A DNA stretch of 54,909 nt, taken from Minisyncoccota bacterium. GTDB lineage: Bacteria; Patescibacteriota; Minisyncoccia; Phycocordibacterales; Phycocordibacteraceae. The notes beneath the pieces were generated by a model. It had not been told where the DNA came from, ran no database searches, and saw only the letters and a program-made list of their open reading frames with translations. The DNA is taken from positions 71,529 through 126,437 of the forward strand of contig JALHQL010000001.1 in assembly GCA_022841985.1 (NCBI GenBank), read 5' to 3'. Below, piece after piece: positions 40,388 to 48,860 of the stretch. The first letter of the stretch is position 1. Each line of letters starts with the position of its first letter. Both the position numbers and the translations under genes were made by a program.

Positions 40388-41542
40388 ATGAAGAGGAGAA
40401 AATTAATCGTGTATATATGTGCCAGTGTCATCAGCATTAGTCTGCTCTCTCTGCTCTACACACAAAACAGAGCGCATACGTCGCTAACGGCGAGCCAAGA
40501 GAAGAAAAGCACTCTGTATCCGACTCAATATTCGGACACGTATATCACGGGGAATGCCATAGTGACTGACCCACGATTTAAGAATCTCGCGATATTCAAG
40601 AAGGAAGATTATTTAGCCAGTGTTGCAAGCTCGCTACAGACGAATATGCCTCCACCAGAAGCGAGTCAGCCGGAAAAAGGTGTGTGGCTTTGGACACCAA
40701 CCATTTACCTGACCCCCGACTACCGGGACTCTATCATCGCGGGAGCAAAGAAACACGGTATTCGTAACATTTATCTTTCTATAGATTCATACCTGGATGT
40801 GTATGTTATGCCTGAGGGCCCGGAGAAGGAGGAGAAGAAAAAAGAATTTGACCGTATCCTTGAGAGCTTCATCGCGGCGGCGCGTGCAAACGGTATGACC
40901 GTGGACGCTGAAGCTGGATGGAGAAATTGGGCGGAGCCGGGAAACGAGTACAAGGCATTTGCCGTGGTGGACTATGCACTGCAATTTAATGCTACTCATT
41001 CTGAGAAACTGCGGGGATTCCAGTATGACATCGAACCTTACCTGCTCTCTGAATATCAAACAGATAAGAGAACGGTGCTACGAAACTTTGTCGATATTAT
41101 AAACAGAACAGTCACGCGTCTGAACAATAGTGATCTGCAATTTTCAGTCGTCATTCCAGACTTTTATGACAAGAAGAGCGGTGAGACCCCACGATTTTTG
41201 TATGAGTGGAAATATACCCATACACTCAATCATCTACTCAATGTTCTCGAGCGCCGACCGGGTAGCACACTGCTCATCATGGCCTATCGTAATCAAAGCG
41301 AAGGACCTGATGGTTCCATAGAGATCTCTCGGGGTGAGATACAGGCCGCAAACGCCTATCGCACAAAAGTAATCGTGGCCCAAGAAACAGGAGATGTTCC
41401 GCCCCCGTCTATCACGTTTTATAATACCTCGCTTTCATCTCTCAACTCGCACATACAAAATATCCAAGAAGCATTCGCTAACGATAAAAGCTATAACGGC
41501 ATCGCTATACACTATATAAACGCGCTGCTAGAGCTCAAATGA
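40388..41542 (+). CDS. Membrane-anchored protein, putative glycoside-hydrolase-like TIM barrel
   Basis: N-terminal anchor; GVWLW, GFQYDIEPY, IMAYR, VAQET, GIAIHY pattern. Confidence 0.55.
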   Translation: MKRRKLIVYICASVISISLLSLLYTQNRAHTSLTASQEKKSTLYPTQYSDTYITGNAIVTDPRFKNLAIFKKEDYLASVASSLQTNMPPPEASQPEKGVWLWTPTIYLTPDYRDSIIAGAKKHGIRNIYLSIDSYLDVYVMPEGPEKEEKKKEFDRILESFIAAARANGMTVDAEAGWRNWAEPGNEYKAFAVVDYALQFNATHSEKLRGFQYDIEPYLLSEYQTDKRTVLRNFVDIINRTVTRLNNSDLQFSVVIPDFYDKKSGETPRFLYEWKYTHTLNHLLNVLERRPGSTLLIMAYRNQSEGPDGSIEISRGEIQAANAYRTKVIVAQETGDVPPPSITFYNTSLSSLNSHIQNIQEAFANDKSYNGIAIHYINALLELK

Positions 41543-41560
41543 ATTGAGGGAATCTAGAGA

Positions 41561-42478
41561 CTAACGGAAAGTCATGGATCCACTATCGAACTTAAAATCG
41601 AAGATGAGCTCTCCTTTCGAGGTGAAAAAGTAACTCTGTGTTTCTTGCAGCATCTTCGCGAACTCGCCTTCTTGCGAGCCGTCGCAATACATGAGTGTGG
41701 ACGCCATGTCGTTAAACGAAATTTTATTGTCCTTGCCCGAGTATGTTCCGCTCATCGAATTACAATCCGTCGTTGCAGAAAAACTTCCATCTTTTTTAAA
41801 TGTGAGCGTAAATGATTTTGTCTTCTTTGGGGTTACGATCTTATCGTTGCTATAGAGCGTAGAGATCCATGTCCACGTCTGCATATCGAGCGTCATGCGT
41901 ACTGGGTCGGCCTCGCCTTCAAAGTTCTGCACCACTTCGCCAAACTGCATCGTCGCCGGGTCAAATTTGAGCCAGATACTTTTTCCCATCGACGGCCGCT
42001 CCGCAAAACTTTCACCAGGCGCTCTATCTGCATAATTAACAACGACGACATTTTTATGGTTCGTATTTCTACTCAATTCCGTCGTTTGCGGAACAATGCG
42101 GTCGCCGAGCAAGACAGCGTGCGAACCCATATATCCGCTCGGAGTATCAAGCGCAGCGACAACATAATAGAAAGTGCCGCTTCCTCCTGTCTGCTGAGTC
42201 AGAAGAAATACAATGTCTTCTCTTCCATCTTCGTCGAGATCAAGCATCACTTCATTTCCAAAATAATCAGTGACCACCTTCGATGCAGAGCCCGGCGACA
42301 CAGATTCTTCCGCATGTCCGTTTACGAGCGTGACGGGCTTGCCTGCGATCGTATATGTGGCATTTCTATAATCTGTTACGACAAGCTCTTGCTTGGCGGA
42401 ATTAGTATTGAGCAAAAAATACACTCCACCCGAAATGATGAGAACAGCGACTATCCCGATGATCACAGATGTTTTCAT
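41561..42478 (-). CDS. Membrane-anchored META (HslJ-like) domain protein
   Basis: C-terminal TTDCNSMSGTY...MASTLMYC; N-terminal TM. Confidence 0.82.
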   Translation of the reverse strand: MKTSVIIGIVAVLIISGGVYFLLNTNSAKQELVVTDYRNATYTIAGKPVTLVNGHAEESVSPGSASKVVTDYFGNEVMLDLDEDGREDIVFLLTQQTGGSGTFYYVVAALDTPSGYMGSHAVLLGDRIVPQTTELSRNTNHKNVVVVNYADRAPGESFAERPSMGKSIWLKFDPATMQFGEVVQNFEGEADPVRMTLDMQTWTWISTLYSNDKIVTPKKTKSFTLTFKKDGSFSATTDCNSMSGTYSGKDNKISFNDMASTLMYCDGSQEGEFAKMLQETQSYFFTSKGELIFDFKFDSGSMTFR

Positions 42479-42520
42479 ACGAAAAGCATACCACTCACAA
42501 TTCATCTGTGATACCAACGC

Positions 42521-43528
42521 CTATGCACGAACTGGCACGGAACGGATGGATGAGAGATATGCCCCGCCCACAAACAAAAGCCCGACGAGGCCAATAATCG
42601 GTTCAGGCACATCCACAAAGATGCCTGCAAACATTGCCCCTGCGAGACCGAGGATAGCCCAATGGGCACCGTGCTCTATGTACATGATTCGGGAGAGCGT
42701 ACCATTGTGCACCATATAGAGAGTAATCAAGCGTACAAAATATGCGCCGATGCCGAGACCGACTACAATGATTGGAATACTTTTCGAAAGAGCAAACGCT
42801 CCTATGACGCTATCGAGCGAGAATGCCGCATCGAGGACGTCTAAATAAATAAAAGAAGCAAGACCTGTCGCGGCCACCCCCTTCGCCGAAACGGCGAAGA
42901 AATTCGCGACTCCCTGCACAATAATAAAGAGCACGATTGCAATAATGCCGGCAAAGAAGATGTTCGCGCTGTTCGCAGGGGAGAAAAAAGCGATGCTGGC
43001 AAGAATAACGAGGGCGATAGCGATCTCGAGTGCCTCGATACTCCCCCAACGTGCGAAGTGTCGTTCAATATGATGGATCCAGTGCACCTCTTTCCTCTCA
43101 TCAAAAAAATATTTGAGTCCCACCATTGTGAGAAACATTCCTCCAAATGAAGCGATGATATATTCGACGCCATGGAGCAATTTCGCATACTGCGCGGAAT
43201 CGAATAGAGCGATGGAAGCAACCGCAAGAGGAGACATGAAAACTGCAGCCGAAACGATAAGGATCGGGAGCACTGCGCGTGTAAGAAATACCGAGGTAAA
43301 AATACCCCAGGTGAGAAAACGCTTCTGCCACACCGGACTCATCTTCTCAAGCACGCGGGCATTTACCACGGAATTGTCAAAAGAAAGCGTTATCTCAAGA
43401 ATAACGAGTAGGCAGGCTGTAAAAAAAGCGACCGGGCCCAGAAGCATGCCCACTCCCACAAGTAGTGCGATCGAAACCACGCCCGGAATAAGAAAGAATC
43501 GAAATAACGATCTCGAGTTTTCTTTCAT
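42521..43528 (-). CDS. DUF475 / TerC-like integral membrane protein
   Basis: LEITLSFDNSVVNA, LDAAFSLDSVIGAFA, EHGAHWAI. Confidence 0.88.
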   Translation of the reverse strand: MKENSRSLFRFFLIPGVVSIALLVGVGMLLGPVAFFTACLLVILEITLSFDNSVVNARVLEKMSPVWQKRFLTWGIFTSVFLTRAVLPILIVSAAVFMSPLAVASIALFDSAQYAKLLHGVEYIIASFGGMFLTMVGLKYFFDERKEVHWIHHIERHFARWGSIEALEIAIALVILASIAFFSPANSANIFFAGIIAIVLFIIVQGVANFFAVSAKGVAATGLASFIYLDVLDAAFSLDSVIGAFALSKSIPIIVVGLGIGAYFVRLITLYMVHNGTLSRIMYIEHGAHWAILGLAGAMFAGIFVDVPEPIIGLVGLLFVGGAYLSSIRSVPVRA

Positions 43529-43573
43529 GTAAAAAATTATATCATTTTGATCAACGTGTACCAATAGAAAAGA

Positions 43574-43606
43574 AAACAGGCAAGTCTCAAAGAGACTTGC
43601 CTGTTT
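43574..43606 (-). terminator. Intrinsic terminator
   Basis: 15-bp stem AAACAGGCAAGTCTC/GAGACTTGCCTGTTT with U-run on the minus strand. Confidence 0.8.
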
Positions 43607-43645
43607 GTTATGGGTATTGCTACCCGTTAAAAGTGCTGGTGATGA

Positions 43646-43930
43646 TCAGGCCGTTTGAACGATCAGACCTTCGCTCTTGAGGAACTGTGTCGCAAGGACA
43701 CCGAACGAGGCCTTATCAATCGAAAGGGCAAAAGGTTTTCCGGCTTCAGGCCAGATGATGATAGAATCACCAATCTGATAGGTCTCAGGACTTTCGACCT
43801 TTGTTCCTTTGAACTCGCCGTGATGTTTCGTGCGCAGTTTCCTATCGATGCTGGCCGGATTGACCTTGATCGTGGCACCGTCGATAACGACAGAAGCCCA
43901 CGCACCGTTGTCGGATTGACCTTTCCTCAT
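43646..43930 (-). CDS. Hypothetical protein (94 aa)
   Basis: AGGAGG SD, dedicated promoter and terminator. Confidence 0.7.
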   Translation of the reverse strand: MRKGQSDNGAWASVVIDGATIKVNPASIDRKLRTKHHGEFKGTKVESPETYQIGDSIIIWPEAGKPFALSIDKASFGVLATQFLKSEGLIVQTA

Positions 43931-44033
43931 TTGCAGAACCTCCTAATTATTAGGTGTTGAATGTACAGTTTTGCCGATATCCCTAAGGACGCAGACAAAA
44001 CAACGAAATCGACCCCCATGGCCGACTCGGGCG

Positions 44034-44062
44034 ATAGTACCTACTTGGCAAATTAATGTCAA
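44034..44062 (-). promoter_or_regulatory. sigma70 promoter
   Basis: Minus strand TTGACA-17 bp-TACTAT. Confidence 0.75.
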
Positions 44063-44130
44063 CAGGTACATTGAATAAACTGGCTTGATACCGTATCGTC
44101 TAGATAGTACGACACTCCTGTGTCGTACTA

Positions 44131-44277
44131 TTGCCAGATCGTCTAATGGTAAGCTCTGCTTTTGCTTCGCAGTAAGCAGAGCTTTCTACCATCGCTCGGT
44201 CGGAAGAATGATATAAGAATTTCATTCTTCACTCCCTCGCTCGGCAGTAGGACATTGTCCTCCCTTGCGACTGGCAA
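44131..44277 (+). pseudogene. tRNA-Gln-derived remnant with hairpin insertion
   Basis: Exact copy of the tRNA-Gln 5' end, then ~95 nt of hairpins, then AGGAC (D-stem 3' strand) and CTGGCAA closing the acceptor stem; no anticodon or T arm. Confidence 0.6.
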
Positions 44278-44296
44278 TAAGGTAGAGTACTACCAT

Positions 44297-44370
44297 TGCC
44301 AGATCGTCTAATGGTAGGACCTCAGACTCTGAATCTGAGTATCTTGGTTCGAATCCAAGTCTGGCAGCCA
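44297..44370 (+). tRNA. tRNA-Gln(CTG)
   Basis: TGCCAGA/TCTGGCA acceptor, TCAGA-CTCTGAA-TCTGA anticodon arm, GGTTCGAATCC, encoded CCA. Confidence 0.96.
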
Positions 44371-44447
44371 CCATATGCTAAGTCAGGAGACTGACAGGCA
44401 TAGGCATCTATTCCGAAAATGGCATACCTGCTGAGAGCGGTATTCAG

Positions 44448-44483
44448 AATGAAAAATACCGATGAGAGTCGGTATTTTTCATT
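44448..44483. terminator. Hairpin/terminator after tRNA-Gln
   Basis: 15-bp stem AATGAAAAATACCGA/TCGGTATTTTTCATT. Confidence 0.65.
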
Positions 44484-44552
44484 TGGCAGAAAAAAAGCCC
44501 CATGAGTTTCCCCATGAGGCTGCTTCCATTCGGAAGACTTGATTGACCGGAG

Positions 44553-44945
44553 TCAGCAGTCCGAATAGGCGATCGGTCCGGCTTGGCACTGGATCTGCAC
44601 CAGCATCGGCTCGGCCGGAGGCTTTCCCACCACACCTTTGCAGCAGTTGAAGAAACTGAGCTGCAGGCCGTGGCAGAAGTGTTTCGACGCCAGCGAACGG
44701 AGCGCGTCACCGGCATGAATGCGAGTGAGTTGCTTGCCGATTTCCGACGACGGGTCTTCGAGCCAATCGGCGTGACCGCCGTTGTTTTGGGCCTCGTGAG
44801 CCTTGCGATGAAGCAAGTCGAGAGCCGGACCGAGATCACGGCGCATGGCCTCCACGAGAACAGACTCTTGCTGTTCTGCGGAGAGCAGGCCACCGAGGTT
44901 GATGCCCTTTTCTTGGGCAACCGCAGTAATGGACGGTAGAGACAT
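44553..44945 (-). CDS. Cys/His-containing small protein resembling the actinobacterial SCO5389 family (CooC-like ATPase partner)
   Basis: GGAGG SD; GKQLTRIHAGDALR..KHF..LSFFNCCK..terminal DC, recalled as similar to the GQLLRALASDAIR..HFG..AFQNCH..DC pattern. Confidence 0.55.
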   Translation of the reverse strand: MSLPSITAVAQEKGINLGGLLSAEQQESVLVEAMRRDLGPALDLLHRKAHEAQNNGGHADWLEDPSSEIGKQLTRIHAGDALRSLASKHFCHGLQLSFFNCCKGVVGKPPAEPMLVQIQCQAGPIAYSDC

Positions 44946-45035
44946 AAGACCTCCTGGTTTGAATGAACTATTGCTGAGCGCACCATGCGACCAGCGTTTA
45001 ACCCTGCTCCGAAGCAGAACTAAACGCTGGCAACA

Positions 45036-45710
45036 TTAGGCGACAGCCGCAAAGATTGCCTCTGCTGCACGAGCCGTGTCGGTCTCCATGCCTGCTACTT
45101 TGTTATCAACAATGATGTGAGCGATGTCGGCAATCTCTAATTCCTTTTTGATTTGCTCCGCAACGCGAGTGCTATTTATCGTTGGCTCTCGCACGATGAC
45201 GGCCAAGTCGACACCTGAGAGAATTCCAGTAGCGACAGGATCAGTACCAGCTCGCTCGTCTATCACGACTGCCTCCAAAGGATTGAGAGCAAGAAGAGGG
45301 AGGTAAACTTTGAGTGGCGCAGCAAGTGAATGACTGCATGCCTCCTGTGAACGTACACGATCTGTGTGGGGGCCAGCAGTCATGAGGCGAAGACCATCCT
45401 CTAGTTCGATAGAAACACTTTCTGTGTATTCGTCAGCTGGAGAAAGTGTAAAAGATAAACCACGTTCTTTTGCTAAATTAAGTGCCTGTATGAATCCGCC
45501 GGTACGCTCTGAACCCACATAGACTTTGATTCCGTCTGGGTCAGCTCCTAAAAAGAGCCTAGGCTCTGCTCCAAGGTTATAGGACAAATCCATATTGTGG
45601 TCGGCGTCAATTGCTAGGACTCTTTTTCCTTTGGCACGCAGATTGCGCACGAAAGCCGTCGCCATAGTCGATTTGCCAGAACCTCCCTTACCTAGAAATG
45701 CTACTTTCAT
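45036..45710 (-). CDS. CooC-like (MinD/ParA superfamily) metal-insertion ATPase
   Basis: GKGGSGKST deviant Walker A, AIDADHN, ACSH (CxH where CooC has CxC), IDERAG. Confidence 0.8.
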   Translation of the reverse strand: MKVAFLGKGGSGKSTMATAFVRNLRAKGKRVLAIDADHNMDLSYNLGAEPRLFLGADPDGIKVYVGSERTGGFIQALNLAKERGLSFTLSPADEYTESVSIELEDGLRLMTAGPHTDRVRSQEACSHSLAAPLKVYLPLLALNPLEAVVIDERAGTDPVATGILSGVDLAVIVREPTINSTRVAEQIKKELEIADIAHIIVDNKVAGMETDTARAAEAIFAAVA

Positions 45711-45778
45711 AAATGCAATTTAGTTGCATTTATGACTATACGCGAATGTCTATATAATTGCAACTGGGTTGCGTTTAT
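45707..45778. promoter_or_regulatory. Two TGCAA-N5-TTGCA palindromes (putative Fur-family operators) in a divergent promoter
   Basis: TCATAAATGCAA-tttag-TTGCATTTATGA (perfect 12-bp arms) and TGCAACtggGTTGCG. Confidence 0.7.
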
Positions 45779-45795
45779 GTTATTCTTGTAGTGTT

Positions 45796-46221
45796 ATGAA
45801 AAGTGCCCAACCAGATTTCAGAACCCTTCTACAGAAGGCTGGTCATAAGGCTACGCCAGGCCGTATTCTTTTGCTTCAAACTCTTTTGAAGGAGAGCGAA
45901 CCTGTGGCTGTTGCGTATATACAAAAAAAACTTAAGGGAGCACTCGATAAAGTGACGCTCTATCGAGGTCTGGAATCGCTCGTTGAATCGGGAATAGTCC
46001 GAGAAGCAGATTTTCGGCACGGTCACGCCCACTACGAACTCAATATCCTAAGAAAACACCATCATCACATTGTTTGCACTGATTGCGGCACGGTAGAAGA
46101 TGCTGAGTGTAATATTGAACCACTCGCAAGAAAAGTGGCCGAGAAGTCCTTGAAGTTCAATGCTATCACAGACCATTCGACAGAATTTTTTGGCCTGTGT
46201 AACTCTTGCACTAAAGTTTAG
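45796..46221 (+). CDS. Fur-family metalloregulator (Zur-like)
   Basis: TPGR, TLYRGL, HHHHIVCTDCG, C-terminal CNSC. Confidence 0.92.
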   Translation: MKSAQPDFRTLLQKAGHKATPGRILLLQTLLKESEPVAVAYIQKKLKGALDKVTLYRGLESLVESGIVREADFRHGHAHYELNILRKHHHHIVCTDCGTVEDAECNIEPLARKVAEKSLKFNAITDHSTEFFGLCNSCTKV

Positions 46222-46280
46222 TTCGTTTCAATGCGATACACCAAACGTATGAGGCATTGTTTTGTTAAGATTAAAGCCTA

Positions 46281-47456
46281 ATGCAAAAACCGCTTCAATT
46301 TACCATTGTCATGGTATTCCTCCTTGGAGTATTTCTTACGTCTGGAAATTTTCAAACTGCTCACGCTCAAGAACTAATACAGAATAAGGTTGAAACCGTC
46401 AAAGCGCAGGTACTTGAAATTTTAAGCCAGGAGGTGAGAAATATTCCTGGCACTGAGACGAGTCATGATTTTCAGAAGATCAAAGCCAAGATTCTCGAAG
46501 GTGATCAGAAGGGACAAGAGATCACCGTCGACAATGATTACTTAAGTCTGAAAGTCGATGAGATTTTTTATCTTCGACACGAGACGGACGGCCTCGACGG
46601 AAGAGAAATGTATGCAGTTTCAGAACCCTATCGTCTTCCGGCACTCTACGGGTTCATTTCACTCTTCGTATTTTGTGTGATTGTTTTTGGCGGTTGGCAG
46701 GGACTCCGTGGACTAATTGCGCTTGCAGCGAGTTTTGTATTTATTTTCTACCTACTCTTTCCGGGTATTATGCACGGCTACTCGCCGATCTTGGTGAGTA
46801 TTGGCGTATCTTCACTCATTATTGTACTTGGCTCGTACGTAACGCATGGGTTTAATAGGACGACAACATCAGCGGTAATCGGTATGGTCACCACGATTTT
46901 GTTTACTGGTGCACTCGCATACTACGCCGTCGATGTAACACGTTTAAGTGGCTTCTCCTCAGAAGAATCGGTGTACCTCAATTTCGGTACGAACGGCACA
47001 ATTGATTTTGTCGGCCTCCTGCTCGGCGGTATTCTCATCGGATTGCTGGGCGTGCTTTATGATGCCGCAATAAGCCAAGCTATTGCGATTGAGGAACTAC
47101 ACAAAATCGGACCTCATCTTTCACGCGCCTTCATTTTTAAACGCGCGCTTCGTATCGGGCGCGAACACATCGGTGCTCTCGTGAACACGTTGGCAATCGC
47201 GTATGTTGGTGCATCGTTACCCCTTCTCCTGCTTTTCTATGCGACCACTGACTCTAGCTTCTCGCTGAATCTGAACCGAGAATTGTTTGCTACTGAAGTC
47301 ATCCGAACGATGATTGGTTCAATTGGTTTGGTGCTAGCCGTTCCTATCACCTCGTTAATCTCTGTACTTATGTTGGTTAAACACCATGTTGTATCTGACA
47401 AGAGATTAGTAAGTAAAGAACAAGAGGCGATTGAGCACGTCTCGCATACCCATTAG
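46281..47456 (+). CDS. YibE/F family multi-TM protein
   Basis: GLRGLIAL, IGLLGVLYD, GREHIGALVNTLAIAYVGASLP, GSIGLVLAVPIT; His-rich tail. Confidence 0.88.
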   Translation: MQKPLQFTIVMVFLLGVFLTSGNFQTAHAQELIQNKVETVKAQVLEILSQEVRNIPGTETSHDFQKIKAKILEGDQKGQEITVDNDYLSLKVDEIFYLRHETDGLDGREMYAVSEPYRLPALYGFISLFVFCVIVFGGWQGLRGLIALAASFVFIFYLLFPGIMHGYSPILVSIGVSSLIIVLGSYVTHGFNRTTTSAVIGMVTTILFTGALAYYAVDVTRLSGFSSEESVYLNFGTNGTIDFVGLLLGGILIGLLGVLYDAAISQAIAIEELHKIGPHLSRAFIFKRALRIGREHIGALVNTLAIAYVGASLPLLLLFYATTDSSFSLNLNRELFATEVIRTMIGSIGLVLAVPITSLISVLMLVKHHVVSDKRLVSKEQEAIEHVSHTH

Positions 47457-48740
47457 TTACTCCATCGTCACCTTTTTATCTTTCAGAAACAGTTTGCTTT
47501 GCAAGCACCCGAGCAGTTCTCGTTTTTCAATCAGTGTTCCTTCCTTCAGTAAGTACTTCGCGTAATTTCTCACGTCGACATCGATAGCGACTTTATCCTG
47601 TTTATGTCCCAATACTCCCGATCTAAATTTGTTGAATCGCTTTATCTCATCCTCGATCCTTGCTCGCACACCTAGTTCGTCTAAGTTCACTGTATCGATG
47701 AGTCCTATCAGTTCTTCGATCAAGCTCGGTTCGTTTACCGCAGGGTTCTTACAGTCTATGTTTCGCGCCTTTGTACAGAAGTAGTACACATGTCGGTTTA
47801 CACCACCATCTTTTAGTTTCTTGAATTTCTCGTCTGCTGATATGCCTGATCCGCAGTGTCCGCACCGTATCAGTTTTGTGAAGGCGAACTCCTTACTCTC
47901 AGTCTTTGGTATGTAATTTGCATTTAAAGTTAGCTGTACTTTTGTATATAGCTCCTTATCTATTATCGGTGTGTGCTTTCCCGTGTACCATTGACCACCT
48001 CCGACTGGATATTCAAAGTCTCCGTAGTAGAACGGATTTCGTAAGATTATGTAGATGTTTGCGAGCACGAGTGGCTTACCTCGATGTGTTTTGAAGTCTA
48101 TTTCTCTCAGCCATCGGTATACTTTTCGTCCACTCCATTGTTCATGCGCGACCTTCTCAAACATCTGTTTGATAATTGGTCCACGCTTTAGATCTATTCT
48201 GCACTGGCATTTCTTGTCGACATGTTTCTCATTTAAGTATCCCGTCGGTGCAACTCCTGGTCTCCATCCCATCTCACATCGGGTTCGTAATCCTCGCTTC
48301 ACATTCACTGCCTTGTTATCGTTCTCGAGTTTTGCCTGACTTCCAAGAATCATCAGAAGGAATTTCTCATTCGGATTGTTGGTGAACTTTTGACTATACG
48401 TTCGTATCTCATGCAGAAGCTTCTGATCCATCAGGTCTACCACCGATCCTAAGTCTCCAGCATTTCTGCTTAGTCTGTCCGGCGCCCATGTGAGAATCGC
48501 ATTGAATTTCTGCGAGCGTAGTTCCTCGAGCATTTTGTTGTATACAGGTCTCTGTCCAACCTCCTTTGAAGAGTGCGATTCACGTTTTATCTCGACCACG
48601 TGCAGATGCTCACGTTCAGCCAGCACCTGCATTTCCTTTACCTGTGACTCTATTGAAAGAGCCTGTTTGTCCTCAGCTTCGGTACTTTTGCGTGCGTAGA
48701 GGCAGTATCGTAAGGCCCCTTGTGGTTGCGTTTTTTTCAT
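47457..48740 (-). CDS. Large serine recombinase (resolvase + recombinase + Zn ribbon)
   Basis: YARKS catalytic Ser, DRLSRN, APTGY, HTPII, CGHCG...YYFC. Confidence 0.93.
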   Translation of the reverse strand: MKKTQPQGALRYCLYARKSTEAEDKQALSIESQVKEMQVLAEREHLHVVEIKRESHSSKEVGQRPVYNKMLEELRSQKFNAILTWAPDRLSRNAGDLGSVVDLMDQKLLHEIRTYSQKFTNNPNEKFLLMILGSQAKLENDNKAVNVKRGLRTRCEMGWRPGVAPTGYLNEKHVDKKCQCRIDLKRGPIIKQMFEKVAHEQWSGRKVYRWLREIDFKTHRGKPLVLANIYIILRNPFYYGDFEYPVGGGQWYTGKHTPIIDKELYTKVQLTLNANYIPKTESKEFAFTKLIRCGHCGSGISADEKFKKLKDGGVNRHVYYFCTKARNIDCKNPAVNEPSLIEELIGLIDTVNLDELGVRARIEDEIKRFNKFRSGVLGHKQDKVAIDVDVRNYAKYLLKEGTLIEKRELLGCLQSKLFLKDKKVTME

Positions 48741-48823
48741 ACACCACAAGGAATGACGCAATGGCTCCTAGGAGTCTAGGATGGGTAAGTTGATAACTTT
48801 TTAGCACGCATATGCTCAAGTTC

Positions 48824-48852
48824 TTGCAAGATGTCATAAGATGCGCTATGAT
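48824..48852 (+). promoter_or_regulatory. sigma70 promoter of S24-TIR operon
   Basis: TTGCAA-17 bp-TATGAT, 8 nt before ATG; the -35 lies within the palindrome TCTTGCAAGA. Confidence 0.6.
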
Positions 48853-48860
48853 GTATAGGT

